From Candidatus Gottesmanbacteria bacterium (lineage in GTDB: Bacteria; Patescibacteriota; Microgenomatia; UBA10105; UBA927), in the NCBI GenBank assembly GCA_963714095.1, contig OY970230.1, positions 6,206-70,205 of the forward strand: a DNA stretch of 64,000 nucleotides, read 5' to 3'. The notes under the pieces are model-generated. The model saw only the letters and a list, made by a program, of their open reading frames with translations. It was not told where the DNA came from and searched no databases. Positions 17,048-26,349 of this stretch are shown here, piece by piece (within the stretch, counting starts at the first letter, position 1; each line of letters opens with the position of its first letter). The translations under genes were made by a program, and so were the position numbers.

Positions 17048-18274
17048 ATGAAGAAAAAATTTGCGGGGATTGGTCTGTGGATGAAGGGTCTTTCCCGGAC
17101 GAAAAAGGCATTTCTGGGGTTGGGTCTTCTTCTTGTTGTATTTATCGTGTATAAGGCGATTAAGGGAAATCAACCGCAGTATACGTTTGATACCGTGACC
17201 CGGGGAACGATTACGGAAGTGGTGACGGAAACCGGAAACGTCGCAGTATCAGGGGAATATGATATCCCTTCCCCCACTACAGGAATCCTTGCTGAAATTT
17301 ATGTGAAAAACGGGGACAGTGTGGCGTCTGGTGCTAAACTCTTTAAAGTGACAAGTACCGCAACGCCTCAACAAAAACAGGCGGCGTTTTCCGCGTATCT
17401 TGCTGCCAAAAGTCAGCTGGACGCGGCTAATGCAGTGCTTTTTAGTCTGCAGTCCGCGATGTACAGTGCGTGGAAAGTGTATACGGATATTGCGGAAAAT
17501 TCTACCTATCAGAATCCCGATGACAGCCCCAACACCGGAAACCGGGTGTTGACGCCCTTTACGACGGCGCAGGATGACTGGCTCGCGGCGGAGGCAAACT
17601 ACAAAAATCAACAGAGCGTGATAGCAAGTGCCCGGGCAGCCGCGACCAACGCGTACACCGCCTACGAGGCAACGCAGGATACGGTTGTAACCGCGCCGGT
17701 ATCAGGCACTGTGCACAATCTAGACGGCGTTGTGGGGACGCTGGTGAGTGCTGTCCCTCAGGTTATCGGCGGGGCTGCCGCGCCGGTTTCAATCATTTCC
17801 ACAGGCCAGACTCTTACCGTGGAGGCGGCCGTTAATGAAGTTGATATCAATAAAATTAAAGTTGGAGATACTACCACCATTACGTTTGACGCAATTTTAG
17901 ACAAAACCTTTACCGGGAAAATTATTCAGGCCGATGAATACGGGACCAATGTCGCGGGGGTTGTTAATTACAATATATTCGCCTCCGTGGATGACGGGAC
18001 CGATCTTATTAAACCGGGTATGACCGCAAACCTTTCTATTACTACGGACAGGCATGAAAATGTACTGACCGTCGTCAACGCCGCAATACGCCCCTACCAG
18101 GGTGTCAAGGCGATACAGACGATCGATAAAAACGGTAAACCGGTATTTGTCAAAGTAGCCACGGGAATAAAGGGGGCAGACCGCACAGAGCTGGTTACCG
18201 GCGCGACTGCAGGGGAAAAAGTTATCCTGGGAGCTACATCAACTACATCGCCCCCGTCGCTCACCGGAAATTAA
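17048..18274 (+). CDS. MacA-like periplasmic adaptor (membrane fusion protein)
   Basis: TM anchor; lipoyl-like VKNGDSV and APVSGTV; VNEVDINKIKVG; IKPGMTA. Confidence 0.9.
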   Translation: MKKKFAGIGLWMKGLSRTKKAFLGLGLLLVVFIVYKAIKGNQPQYTFDTVTRGTITEVVTETGNVAVSGEYDIPSPTTGILAEIYVKNGDSVASGAKLFKVTSTATPQQKQAAFSAYLAAKSQLDAANAVLFSLQSAMYSAWKVYTDIAENSTYQNPDDSPNTGNRVLTPFTTAQDDWLAAEANYKNQQSVIASARAAATNAYTAYEATQDTVVTAPVSGTVHNLDGVVGTLVSAVPQVIGGAAAPVSIISTGQTLTVEAAVNEVDINKIKVGDTTTITFDAILDKTFTGKIIQADEYGTNVAGVVNYNIFASVDDGTDLIKPGMTANLSITTDRHENVLTVVNAAIRPYQGVKAIQTIDKNGKPVFVKVATGIKGADRTELVTGATAGEKVILGATSTTSPPSLTGN

Positions 18275-18287
18275 GGGAGCCGTATGC

Positions 18288-19004
18288 ATGAAACACGAAC
18301 CTCTTATCACATTTTCAAATATCACCAAAAAATATAAGACCGGAGACACATTTTACGAGGCGCTCAAGGGAATATCGTTTACCATTGTTCAGGGAGAATT
18401 TGTTGCAATCATGGGTCCGTCGGGGTCCGGAAAATCAACAACCATGCATATTATGGGTGCTCTCGATACGCCCACGACCGGCACATATATTCTGAAAGAT
18501 AAAGATATAAGTAAATATACAGACGATCAGCTTGCTCACATCCGTAATCAGGAAATCGGATTCGTGTTCCAGGCGTTTAACCTGCTTCCCCGGACAACCG
18601 TCTATAAAAATGTTGAGCGGCCTATGATGTATGCAAATATCCCTGAAGAAGAGCGGAAAAAACGGGTTATGGCAGCCCTTGCGCTCGTGCATCTGGAAGA
18701 CAAGGCACAAAATTTATCCAATAACATATCCGGCGGACAAATCCAGCGGGTGGCAATCGCGCGGGCGCTCGTCATGAACCCCGCAATCATTTTAGCTGAC
18801 GAGCCTACCGGAAATCTAGACAGCGTTTCCTCGCATGAAATCATGGAGTTTTTCCGGGAATTAAATCGCCAGGGACATACAATCGTCGTTATTACTCATG
18901 AAAAAGATATCGCCGATTACGCCAAGCGTACGATCCATATCAGAGACGGACTGATTATATCTGATGAGGCAAACGTCAATGTAAAGAAAGAAAAAAACGT
19001 ATGA
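18288..19004 (+). CDS. ABC transporter ATP-binding protein (MacB/LolD-like)
   Basis: Walker A GPSGSGKS, ISGGQ, LADEPTGNLD, ITH. Confidence 0.95.
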   Translation: MKHEPLITFSNITKKYKTGDTFYEALKGISFTIVQGEFVAIMGPSGSGKSTTMHIMGALDTPTTGTYILKDKDISKYTDDQLAHIRNQEIGFVFQAFNLLPRTTVYKNVERPMMYANIPEEERKKRVMAALALVHLEDKAQNLSNNISGGQIQRVAIARALVMNPAIILADEPTGNLDSVSSHEIMEFFRELNRQGHTIVVITHEKDIADYAKRTIHIRDGLIISDEANVNVKKEKNV

Positions 19005-20179
19005 ATATAACGGAAATTTTCCGCACCGCGATTACCTCGCTGCGCAGCAGTCTCCTGCGCACTGCCCTGACGATGTTGGGCATCATTATCGGCATTATGG
19101 CAGTCATCCTCATCCTCATTATTTCTCAGGGGGCGACTGACTTTATCAACGGCCAGTTTTCTTCTCTCGGCGCAAATTTGCTCATTTTCGCGTCTACAGG
19201 TGTCATCAATCTGACGACCGGCGACGTGAAGGCTCTCGGTGATCCCGGACAAATTTCCAACGTTTCCGAAGTTGGCGCACGGTTTGCGGGAAACGAAACG
19301 GTCAGTGCAAACGGTCAAAATAAATCCGTATTTGTTCTGGGAATTTCCCCGTCCACGCAGGACATCCTGGGTATTGTGATGGCAAGCGGCAGTTATGTGG
19401 GCGATGATGACAATGCCAATATTTCGCGCGTCGCGGTCCTGGGACCTACAGTTGTAAAGGATCTCTTCGGCGACGGCGCGGATCCTGTCGGACAGAGTAT
19501 TGAAGTCGGCACGAAGCCGTTCCGTGTCATCGGCGTCACCGCACCAAAAAATAGCCAGGAGGACAATGCGATCTATATTCCCATTTCTACCGCCATGCGG
19601 ATTATATTCGGTGTGAATTACGTACAGGCAGTCTATGTCGATGTGAAAGATGCGCGTTTTCTGGACCAGACGGAAGCGGACGCAAAGGCGCTCATTTTTG
19701 AACGACATACGATTACGGATCAGTCAATTAAAGATAATTTTATTGCAACGAGTTCACGCGATATTCTTAAGACGATTAATAATGTCCTGGGGATATTGAC
19801 CGTTGTTCTTTCGGGTATTGCGGGCATATCGCTTCTGGTCGGAGGGATCGGCATCATGAATATTATGCTTGTTACCGTAACTGAACGGACGAAAGAAATA
19901 GGACTTCTTAAGGCAATAGGGGCGACACGGCGGGATATACTTACACAGTTCCTTATAGAATCGGTTATTTTAACCGTCACAGGAGGTGTTATCGGCATTA
20001 TTCTGGGGATCAGTATCGGGTATGTGATAGCTCAGGTCGTGCATGTGCCGTTTGGCTTGCCGGTTATCCCGATCGTCGAATCGGTAAGTTTCTCAGTTGT
20101 CATCGGTATAGCATTCGGCAGTTATCCTGCCTACCGGGCTTCCAAACTATCGCCTATTGATGCCCTGCACTACGAATAA
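19001..20179 (+). CDS. MacB/FtsX-like ABC permease
   Basis: Motifs RTALTMLGIIIG, GGIGIMNIMLVTVTERTKEIG, PAYRASKLSPIDAL. Confidence 0.95.
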   Translation: MNITEIFRTAITSLRSSLLRTALTMLGIIIGIMAVILILIISQGATDFINGQFSSLGANLLIFASTGVINLTTGDVKALGDPGQISNVSEVGARFAGNETVSANGQNKSVFVLGISPSTQDILGIVMASGSYVGDDDNANISRVAVLGPTVVKDLFGDGADPVGQSIEVGTKPFRVIGVTAPKNSQEDNAIYIPISTAMRIIFGVNYVQAVYVDVKDARFLDQTEADAKALIFERHTITDQSIKDNFIATSSRDILKTINNVLGILTVVLSGIAGISLLVGGIGIMNIMLVTVTERTKEIGLLKAIGATRRDILTQFLIESVILTVTGGVIGIILGISIGYVIAQVVHVPFGLPVIPIVESVSFSVVIGIAFGSYPAYRASKLSPIDALHYE

Positions 20180-20183
20180 GACA

Positions 20184-21527
20184 TCAGTTGCGTTTCACCG
20201 TGTAGGATTTTGCGTAGTATAAAAATGCCGCGGGTACGTCTTCAGTGAGATACCGCTGGAAATCTGAGTAAATAGTTTTGCGTTTCGCTGTGTCCATTTC
20301 CTGCCGGCCGTCCTCGAGAAGCTTGTCAATTTTGACGTTTATATAGTTGGTGATATTGGTTTGGGTTTGCGTGCTGTGCCAGAGCGGATACTGATCCGGA
20401 TCTGGAGGAACGTCCTGGGCGCTTAACAGTACCTGATACGTATCAGGTACGGTGTTCACGACGCGCACGTCGGTTTTTATTCCCAATGTTGTCCAACTGG
20501 CGGCTATCGACTGTGCGTCAGAAAGATACGGAGCAAACGTGGAAATGGTCAGATGCGCAGACGATGATCCCTCTTTTGTATTGCCGAATAGATTTCTGGC
20601 TTCAGTCATATTATACGTATATTTTTTTGTTTTGTCGGAATACGCCCACGATATTTTTGAAATTGGGGAGTAGGCACGCTCTAAGTCAGTTCGGTACGGG
20701 ATGGCGTATGCCAACGCCTGCCGGACTTCTTTTTCTGATACCTGCGGATCGGTCGTATTAAAATAGACGGAAATAATCCTGTTATAGTTCGTCTCAGGAG
20801 TAACGGTTGTGCGTCCCCATTTGGCAAGATCTGCCGGGGTACTGAGGTCATCTATTTCATTGACATCTCCCATTTTAAACGCGAGGATCGCTTCTACTTC
20901 TGTGTCATAAAAACGGTATTCACGTTCGTGCGGTAAGACATTGTCTACAGGCACAAGTTTTAAATAGACGATTGAGTTTCCTTTGAGCTGGATGTTGGAA
21001 ACACGGTACTTCCCCAGTCCCACAAGAGCGTTTAAAAACAGTGGTTTGGAGACAACGACAGGGAAAGGACTGTACGGTGCTTTCAAATTTGCCCGGAGTG
21101 TAAACTGGTCTATCGGAGAGAAGATGACATTACGGATATTGTAATTGATATCCGCTGCTGTTACCTTTTTTCCGTTATGCCACGTCGCATCCTCCCTAAG
21201 CGTAAATACGAATGTTTTTCCGCTGTCAGTTGCGGTCCAGCTGGTGGCAAGGCCCGGGGCAAGCGTTCCGTCCTCTTTCACGGTTGTTAACCCTTCACTG
21301 ATATATTGTTGGATGGTAAGCGGGAGATTTGCCGGTGTAAAATTGCCGACCATGCCTATTCGGTCAATAGGAATAAACCATTCCTGTTTGATGAGGGGCA
21401 AGAGCCGGAAAAACCCGAGCGAAAGAACGAGGCCGCTGGCGAAACCGAGAACGAGTGCTTTTGTATATTTATGGCTCAGTTCCCGCGCGATTAAGAAAAC
21501 TAGCCGGCCCTTCTGAAGTAAGCTCAT
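20184..21527 (-). CDS. ABC transporter substrate-binding protein, family 5 (peptide-type)
   Basis: Motifs PGLATSW, FTLREDATWHNG, VRQALAYAI, DPDQYPLWHS. Confidence 0.88.
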   Translation of the reverse strand: MSLLQKGRLVFLIARELSHKYTKALVLGFASGLVLSLGFFRLLPLIKQEWFIPIDRIGMVGNFTPANLPLTIQQYISEGLTTVKEDGTLAPGLATSWTATDSGKTFVFTLREDATWHNGKKVTAADINYNIRNVIFSPIDQFTLRANLKAPYSPFPVVVSKPLFLNALVGLGKYRVSNIQLKGNSIVYLKLVPVDNVLPHEREYRFYDTEVEAILAFKMGDVNEIDDLSTPADLAKWGRTTVTPETNYNRIISVYFNTTDPQVSEKEVRQALAYAIPYRTDLERAYSPISKISWAYSDKTKKYTYNMTEARNLFGNTKEGSSSAHLTISTFAPYLSDAQSIAASWTTLGIKTDVRVVNTVPDTYQVLLSAQDVPPDPDQYPLWHSTQTQTNITNYINVKIDKLLEDGRQEMDTAKRKTIYSDFQRYLTEDVPAAFLYYAKSYTVKRN

Positions 21528-21534
21528 ACGTCGT

Positions 21535-21750
21535 TTAGCGGATAACTAGGTTGGCGATCGATGTTGCCAGAAACAATGCGGACATGACGATAGTTGCCGA
21601 AAATACGATACGTTCCGCTCCCCGCCGGCTTCTGTACATGTCGCCGCTGCCGACACCGCTTTGCAATCCTCCTTTACTGTTTTGTAATAAAATGAGGGTA
21701 ATAAGAATAACGGTAACGATGATATGAATGGTTAGGAGTGCAATTTTCAT
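21535..21750 (-). CDS. secG: Preprotein translocase subunit SecG
   Basis: ILLQNSKGGL...SRRGAE with two TM helices. Confidence 0.9.
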   Translation of the reverse strand: MKIALLTIHIIVTVILITLILLQNSKGGLQSGVGSGDMYRSRRGAERIVFSATIVMSALFLATSIANLVIR

Positions 21751-22769
21751 ATGCTGACCCCAGAAAGATACTCCAAGAGTATTGTAGCAAGTTTTTGTGA
21801 ATCGTGCCTGATGAGGCTCCGAACGAGTGAATCGCTTTTTGATTTTAGGGTTTCCTGGCGGCTTGCAACATCGGCCCGGATAACAGTCAGTGACTGTGAA
21901 GGATCGATATCATCTTTCACCGGAAATTCATGATATTTTGCATAGACGGTCAGTGCTGATTTTTGCAAGGGCGCGGTGTTTATAACAACTGCGTCGACGG
22001 ACTTGCCGATATATTTTTGTATGGTCTGCAGGTGGTCGGCGGCAGTAAACCCGTATGTTTGGCCGAATTTTGTCATGAGGTTCACGACGTAGACCTTTTT
22101 TGCTTTGGAGGAAGCAATTGCCCCGGGGATGCCGGTAACGAGAAGGTTCGGAATGACGCTTGTAAAAAGATCGCCCGGTCCAAGTACGATAAGATCGGCA
22201 TTGGCGATTGCCTGCAGGGCTTCAGGATTGGGTACCGACACAGGCTTTAAATAGATCCTGGATATTTTTACTGTGCCATCATGGTGCGGTTCATCAATCA
22301 GATGCTCTTCGGTCAGTATTTGACCGTTTTCGTATTCAGCAACCAGATTGGTATTGGTGAATGAAACCGGGATAACTGTTCCCTGAATACGCAGTACTTT
22401 CCCCGTGGCTCGGATGGCGGCTTCCTGAGATCCTAAAATATCCGAGAGGGCTGCCATGAAAAGATTTCCGAAGGTCATGCCGCTGATGCCCTTCCCTTTT
22501 TCAAACCGGTACATGAAGAGCTTCCGCAAAATGCCTGCTCCTCCATTTTCATCGGAAAGAGCTACGAGGCACTGCCGCAGGTCAGATGTGGGCAGGAGTC
22601 CGAATTCGTCGCGGATCCGTTTGTTTGATCCACCCGAGTCGCTCATGGCTACGATGGCGGATAAATGATGCGGTGAGTGCTTTAATCCTTTGAGGGCGAC
22701 AAACGTTCCGGTTCCTCCACCGATACAGACGATATGTTTACGAGTAGTTTCAAGAGATTTTTTTTGCAT
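21747..22769 (-). CDS. yvcK: YvcK/GlmR (UPF0052) family protein
   Basis: Motifs IGGGTG, DSGGS, DLRQC, GNL, LGPGDLFTSVIPNL, RHD. Confidence 0.9.
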   Translation of the reverse strand: MQKKSLETTRKHIVCIGGGTGTFVALKGLKHSPHHLSAIVAMSDSGGSNKRIRDEFGLLPTSDLRQCLVALSDENGGAGILRKLFMYRFEKGKGISGMTFGNLFMAALSDILGSQEAAIRATGKVLRIQGTVIPVSFTNTNLVAEYENGQILTEEHLIDEPHHDGTVKISRIYLKPVSVPNPEALQAIANADLIVLGPGDLFTSVIPNLLVTGIPGAIASSKAKKVYVVNLMTKFGQTYGFTAADHLQTIQKYIGKSVDAVVINTAPLQKSALTVYAKYHEFPVKDDIDPSQSLTVIRADVASRQETLKSKSDSLVRSLIRHDSQKLATILLEYLSGVSI

Positions 22770-22772
22770 AAG

Positions 22773-22799
22773 GTTGTCCTTCGCTTCGCTCAGGATAAC
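22773..22799. repeat. REP-like miniature hairpin
   Basis: GTTGTCCT-TCGCTTCGCTC-AGGATAAC; resembles the TCCTTCGCTTCGCTCAGGAT dispersed repeat. Confidence 0.55.
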
Positions 22800-22810
22800 G
22801 CGAAGACGCG

Positions 22811-23215
22811 TTAATCCTCGCTGACGTAGTGTAGCACATCAGTAATAATAGTGATAAGGAGGCTGGATGCTATCATTGCGGTAAGATACGTAAAATGAAT
22901 TGGCGGAATGATAAATCCTGCCCATGTTGCACCCGGAAATATCCAAAGACGGATGGAGATTTCCGGAACAAAGATGGTTAATAAATAAATGACTATAACG
23001 TTGATAACCCAACTTAACAGTCCGAACGTGAGAATATTGATCGGGATAAAAAGAATTTTGAGAATAGGTTTTACGATAAGCATCAGCATGGATAGGGTAA
23101 ATCCGGCAAGAAGTACCGTTTGATACCCAGGCGGCACATAGAGGGTCGGAAGCAGCTGACTAGACAGCCATAGGGCAAAAACGTTAAACAAAAACACGCG
23201 GATAATATGCTTCAT
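22811..23215 (-). CDS. YvlD-like 4-TMS 'phage holin family' membrane protein
   Basis: IVKPILKILFIPINILTFGLLSWVIN signature. Confidence 0.85.
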   Translation of the reverse strand: MKHIIRVFLFNVFALWLSSQLLPTLYVPPGYQTVLLAGFTLSMLMLIVKPILKILFIPINILTFGLLSWVINVIVIYLLTIFVPEISIRLWIFPGATWAGFIIPPIHFTYLTAMIASSLLITIITDVLHYVSED

Positions 23216-24514
23216 CTAAGGCCTAATGGTACCAAATGCCTTTTTGCGAAGCAAGCGGTGGTAGGTGATGGCGAAGCGGTGGGCCTCGTCGCGGATGCGC
23301 TCAAGAACGTGGAGAGCGTCACTGGTGTACGGAATTCGGATAATTTTCCAATCGTTTCCGCGAGGAACAACGATTTCCTCAAACCGTTTGGCAAGACCGA
23401 TAATCGGTAAGGTGGGCATTACCGGAATGGCTGCTTTCACCTGAGGCTTGCCCCCGTCAACAATAAACAAATCCGGTGCTCTCCACTCCGGATGGGCGAA
23501 TCTCCGCGCTACGACTTCTGCAATCATAGCCACGTCGTTCGGCGCCTGTTGCCTGCGTATTCGGAACCGTTTATATTGGTTTGTATCTTTGTGTCCGTCG
23601 GTAAGAACGACGAGTGAGCCCGTAGCCTGATTGCCCCCTGTATTGGAAATATCGATACATTCTATCCGGTGAAGCGGCGCCAAATTGGTAATATACGGGA
23701 GTAACGTTTGCCGTAGAGACTCAAGTTCTTTCTCGTAAATATTTTCCACTCCCGTATCTCCTGTCATGTACACCATAGGGTCATACTGTTTTTGCAGCAT
23801 GTACCGGAGATTTTGGATATGATTGCGAAGAGCTGCTGCGACTTCAAAATTTTGCTTACGTGCTGCGGCATGCATGTCCTTTTCCAAATCACGAAGTACG
23901 ATATCCGATTTTCCGGATAAAATGTTCTTTAGTCTGAAGATGTTCCTGCGGTATGCTGTTTTATCCGTGCCAAGGGTCGACGGACAGGGATCGCATAAGC
24001 CTAAATGTGAATAAAAACAGGGTTTCCCGGTTCGCCGCGTCTGCGTACAGAACGGAACGGTGTGCCGGAGTTGCCGTAAAATCGACCGGGCCATGCTTGC
24101 CGATTGGAACGGACCAAACAGCGCATCCTGTTTCTTTAATCGCTTGGGAAGGTCGCTCCGTCTCATAGTGAGAACATGCGGTAACGGTTCGGATAATGTG
24201 AGCAAAATATACAGGGGACTTTTATCATCCTTCAGAACGACGTTATATTTCGGTGCGCTATCATGGATAAGTTTTGCTTCCAGCAGTAGCGCGTCAAATT
24301 CGCTCGCTGTTACAATTGTTTCAATTGTAGATATTTGTGAAACGAGAAGTTTGGTTTTGGCGCCCACTGCATCATCGCGCTGAAAATACTGGGAGACGCG
24401 TTTTTTGAGATCTTTCGCCTTACCGATGTAGAGAATCGTTCCGTTGGTGTCACGGTAGATATACACTCCAGAGGAGTGCGGCAGTTTTTTTATCGTTTCT
24501 TTGGGTGTTTCCAT
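23216..24514 (-). CDS. uvrC: Excinuclease ABC subunit C (short form without HhH tail)
   Basis: GVY...YIGKA GIY-YIG domain; UVR domain FEVAAALRN; ECIDISN; DGGKPQ; RDEAHRFA. Confidence 0.92.
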   Translation of the reverse strand: METPKETIKKLPHSSGVYIYRDTNGTILYIGKAKDLKKRVSQYFQRDDAVGAKTKLLVSQISTIETIVTASEFDALLLEAKLIHDSAPKYNVVLKDDKSPLYILLTLSEPLPHVLTMRRSDLPKRLKKQDALFGPFQSASMARSILRQLRHTVPFCTQTRRTGKPCFYSHLGLCDPCPSTLGTDKTAYRRNIFRLKNILSGKSDIVLRDLEKDMHAAARKQNFEVAAALRNHIQNLRYMLQKQYDPMVYMTGDTGVENIYEKELESLRQTLLPYITNLAPLHRIECIDISNTGGNQATGSLVVLTDGHKDTNQYKRFRIRRQQAPNDVAMIAEVVARRFAHPEWRAPDLFIVDGGKPQVKAAIPVMPTLPIIGLAKRFEEIVVPRGNDWKIIRIPYTSDALHVLERIRDEAHRFAITYHRLLRKKAFGTIRP

Positions 24515-26313
24515 AGTTGGATTTTTCGCGCTGTCATGATAAGAAGAATAATGAGTATACCACCAAAACATAACAGAGGGATAATAAAGTAGGCGGTAAT
24601 CGGCTGAATAGTAAATATATACTGCTGTGTTTCTCCGTTTACGGCTACAGCAATTCTGCCGGTTCCGGCGTTAAAATAATTCGGAACGGTCAGAGTTATG
24701 GGATAGATCAGTTTTGCGTAGGGCGGAATATTTGTTTCCGTTTTTGCAAGAGCAACATCCACAGGCGCGGACTGTATGGTAATGGCGGCGGCGGGTACGG
24801 CAGATCCGATTGTATTTTCAACGGTTACGGATCCGCGTGCAGTGATGCCTGCCGTTACGAGTTTCGGAAATGAAATATTTGTCGTTAGTTTATTTGTAGG
24901 TTGGATAAACGGTGCGCTGGCGAACGTAACGCCGACGTCCTTCGTTGTTTTGCCGTTTTGGCGGTAAAATCCTGCAGGATATGGATAATCACTCGATTTT
25001 CCGTAGATGGCAAACACGATATGGTTAAAATCCAGTTTGTCAAAGTAATTAACGCCGCCGGTCGTATTTGCCCAGGTAGGGTCAATGCCGATCCACAGTT
25101 TGCGGTCTGAATCATAATATTCCGGCCATGCGTGGAGGACATCCGCAACCAGAGACAGCGGGCGCAGCCTGCTGTTTGTCGTATAGGCGTATCCTACGGC
25201 TTCACGCGCGGGGATTCCCGCAGCCCGTGCAATTGCGATAAACAAATCCGTAAATTCCATACAGATGGAGTTTTTCGGAGACGCGAGGGCAAGGAGAGCC
25301 CCTTTTCGAATCGGCGTTTGGGATACGCGTGTATAGTCATACGCAAGCGCTTGGGATACATAGGTGTAAATTTCCCGCGGTGTCGAATACTCCTTGGCCA
25401 ATGCCTGAATTTGCGGGCTATTTGACTCCCAGTATTTTTGTGCCGACGTGTAAATTTGTTTATCAGGAGTACTGTCCGTATAGCCGTCTTTGGGTTGCAG
25501 AAGAAGATTGATTCGAAGGGAAGCTGTAATGGAAAGATGGGCGCCGGGAAGCAGTGTATATTGGGCAAGCCAGTTTCCGTCCGTATCGCGGGTTATAGTT
25601 TCGGGTTTTGGGTCCAGTGATTCGATAACGACTGTTTGATATGCCGTGTCGGGAGGCAACGCTATTTCCGAATGCGTCCCCGTGATTTTTGTGTTTTCCA
25701 GATAATACGACAGCTGTACATCAAAAGTCTGGCTAGCGCCGTAGGCGGCGCTGATACCCCCTGCCATCATTTGTTCACGGTTCCAGCGGCCTCCCGAGGC
25801 GGGAAGCGGGGTCATATAGGCGTTGGGACCGAACGACTGGGGTACCGAAACCGATACATTGTAACTTGCGATATCTGCATCTTGGGCAACGCCGGGAATA
25901 TTTACTTCCCAGATGCTGCCGTTTTGTTGCGCAATGTCTCCATTTTCAAACCGGAGTGTAAACAGAAGCTGTTTCCCGAGTCCCACAACCTGGTCATTAA
26001 ATGTAAGATCGATCTCCGTTTTTCCGTCTTTTTGGCTTATATCGGTCGGTACAATCTGGTTATTGTCGTAGGCAATGACGTTCTTAATTTTTGTGCTGTC
26101 GATGACGATCGAATATTTTTGCGGATACAGGTTCGTTTCCTTATTGGTAAGCGTGATATTTTGTGTGACGATGGTAAGTCCTGACGGGGCAATTGCGTAC
26201 TGAACGTCATAATCCGCCTGGAACTCCCCCGCCGCAGACGTCGGAACAGGGAAAATAAACAAATAAAAAACTATGCAGATAAGCAAATAGAAAACGTTTA
26301 TAAATTTCTTCAT
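24490..26313 (-). CDS. Secreted/membrane-anchored transglutaminase-like protein
   Basis: Triad motifs ICMEFTDLF, HAWPEYY, IDPTW; signal peptide and C-terminal TM. Confidence 0.88.
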   Translation of the reverse strand: MKKFINVFYLLICIVFYLFIFPVPTSAAGEFQADYDVQYAIAPSGLTIVTQNITLTNKETNLYPQKYSIVIDSTKIKNVIAYDNNQIVPTDISQKDGKTEIDLTFNDQVVGLGKQLLFTLRFENGDIAQQNGSIWEVNIPGVAQDADIASYNVSVSVPQSFGPNAYMTPLPASGGRWNREQMMAGGISAAYGASQTFDVQLSYYLENTKITGTHSEIALPPDTAYQTVVIESLDPKPETITRDTDGNWLAQYTLLPGAHLSITASLRINLLLQPKDGYTDSTPDKQIYTSAQKYWESNSPQIQALAKEYSTPREIYTYVSQALAYDYTRVSQTPIRKGALLALASPKNSICMEFTDLFIAIARAAGIPAREAVGYAYTTNSRLRPLSLVADVLHAWPEYYDSDRKLWIGIDPTWANTTGGVNYFDKLDFNHIVFAIYGKSSDYPYPAGFYRQNGKTTKDVGVTFASAPFIQPTNKLTTNISFPKLVTAGITARGSVTVENTIGSAVPAAAITIQSAPVDVALAKTETNIPPYAKLIYPITLTVPNYFNAGTGRIAVAVNGETQQYIFTIQPITAYFIIPLLCFGGILIILLIMTARKIQLWKHPKKR

Positions 26314-26349
26314 TTGATATTGAAGCATTGGTAGTATTGGATTATTTGT

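Noticed and set aside
18917-19708. 263-aa antisense ORF, and similar shadow ORFs such as 39260..39985 and 25636..26184
   Set aside because: They lie opposite well-supported genes and show no motifs; these are typical antisense shadows.
22811-23215. Holin as a prophage marker
   Set aside because: This is a YvlD-type housekeeping membrane protein with no phage genes nearby.
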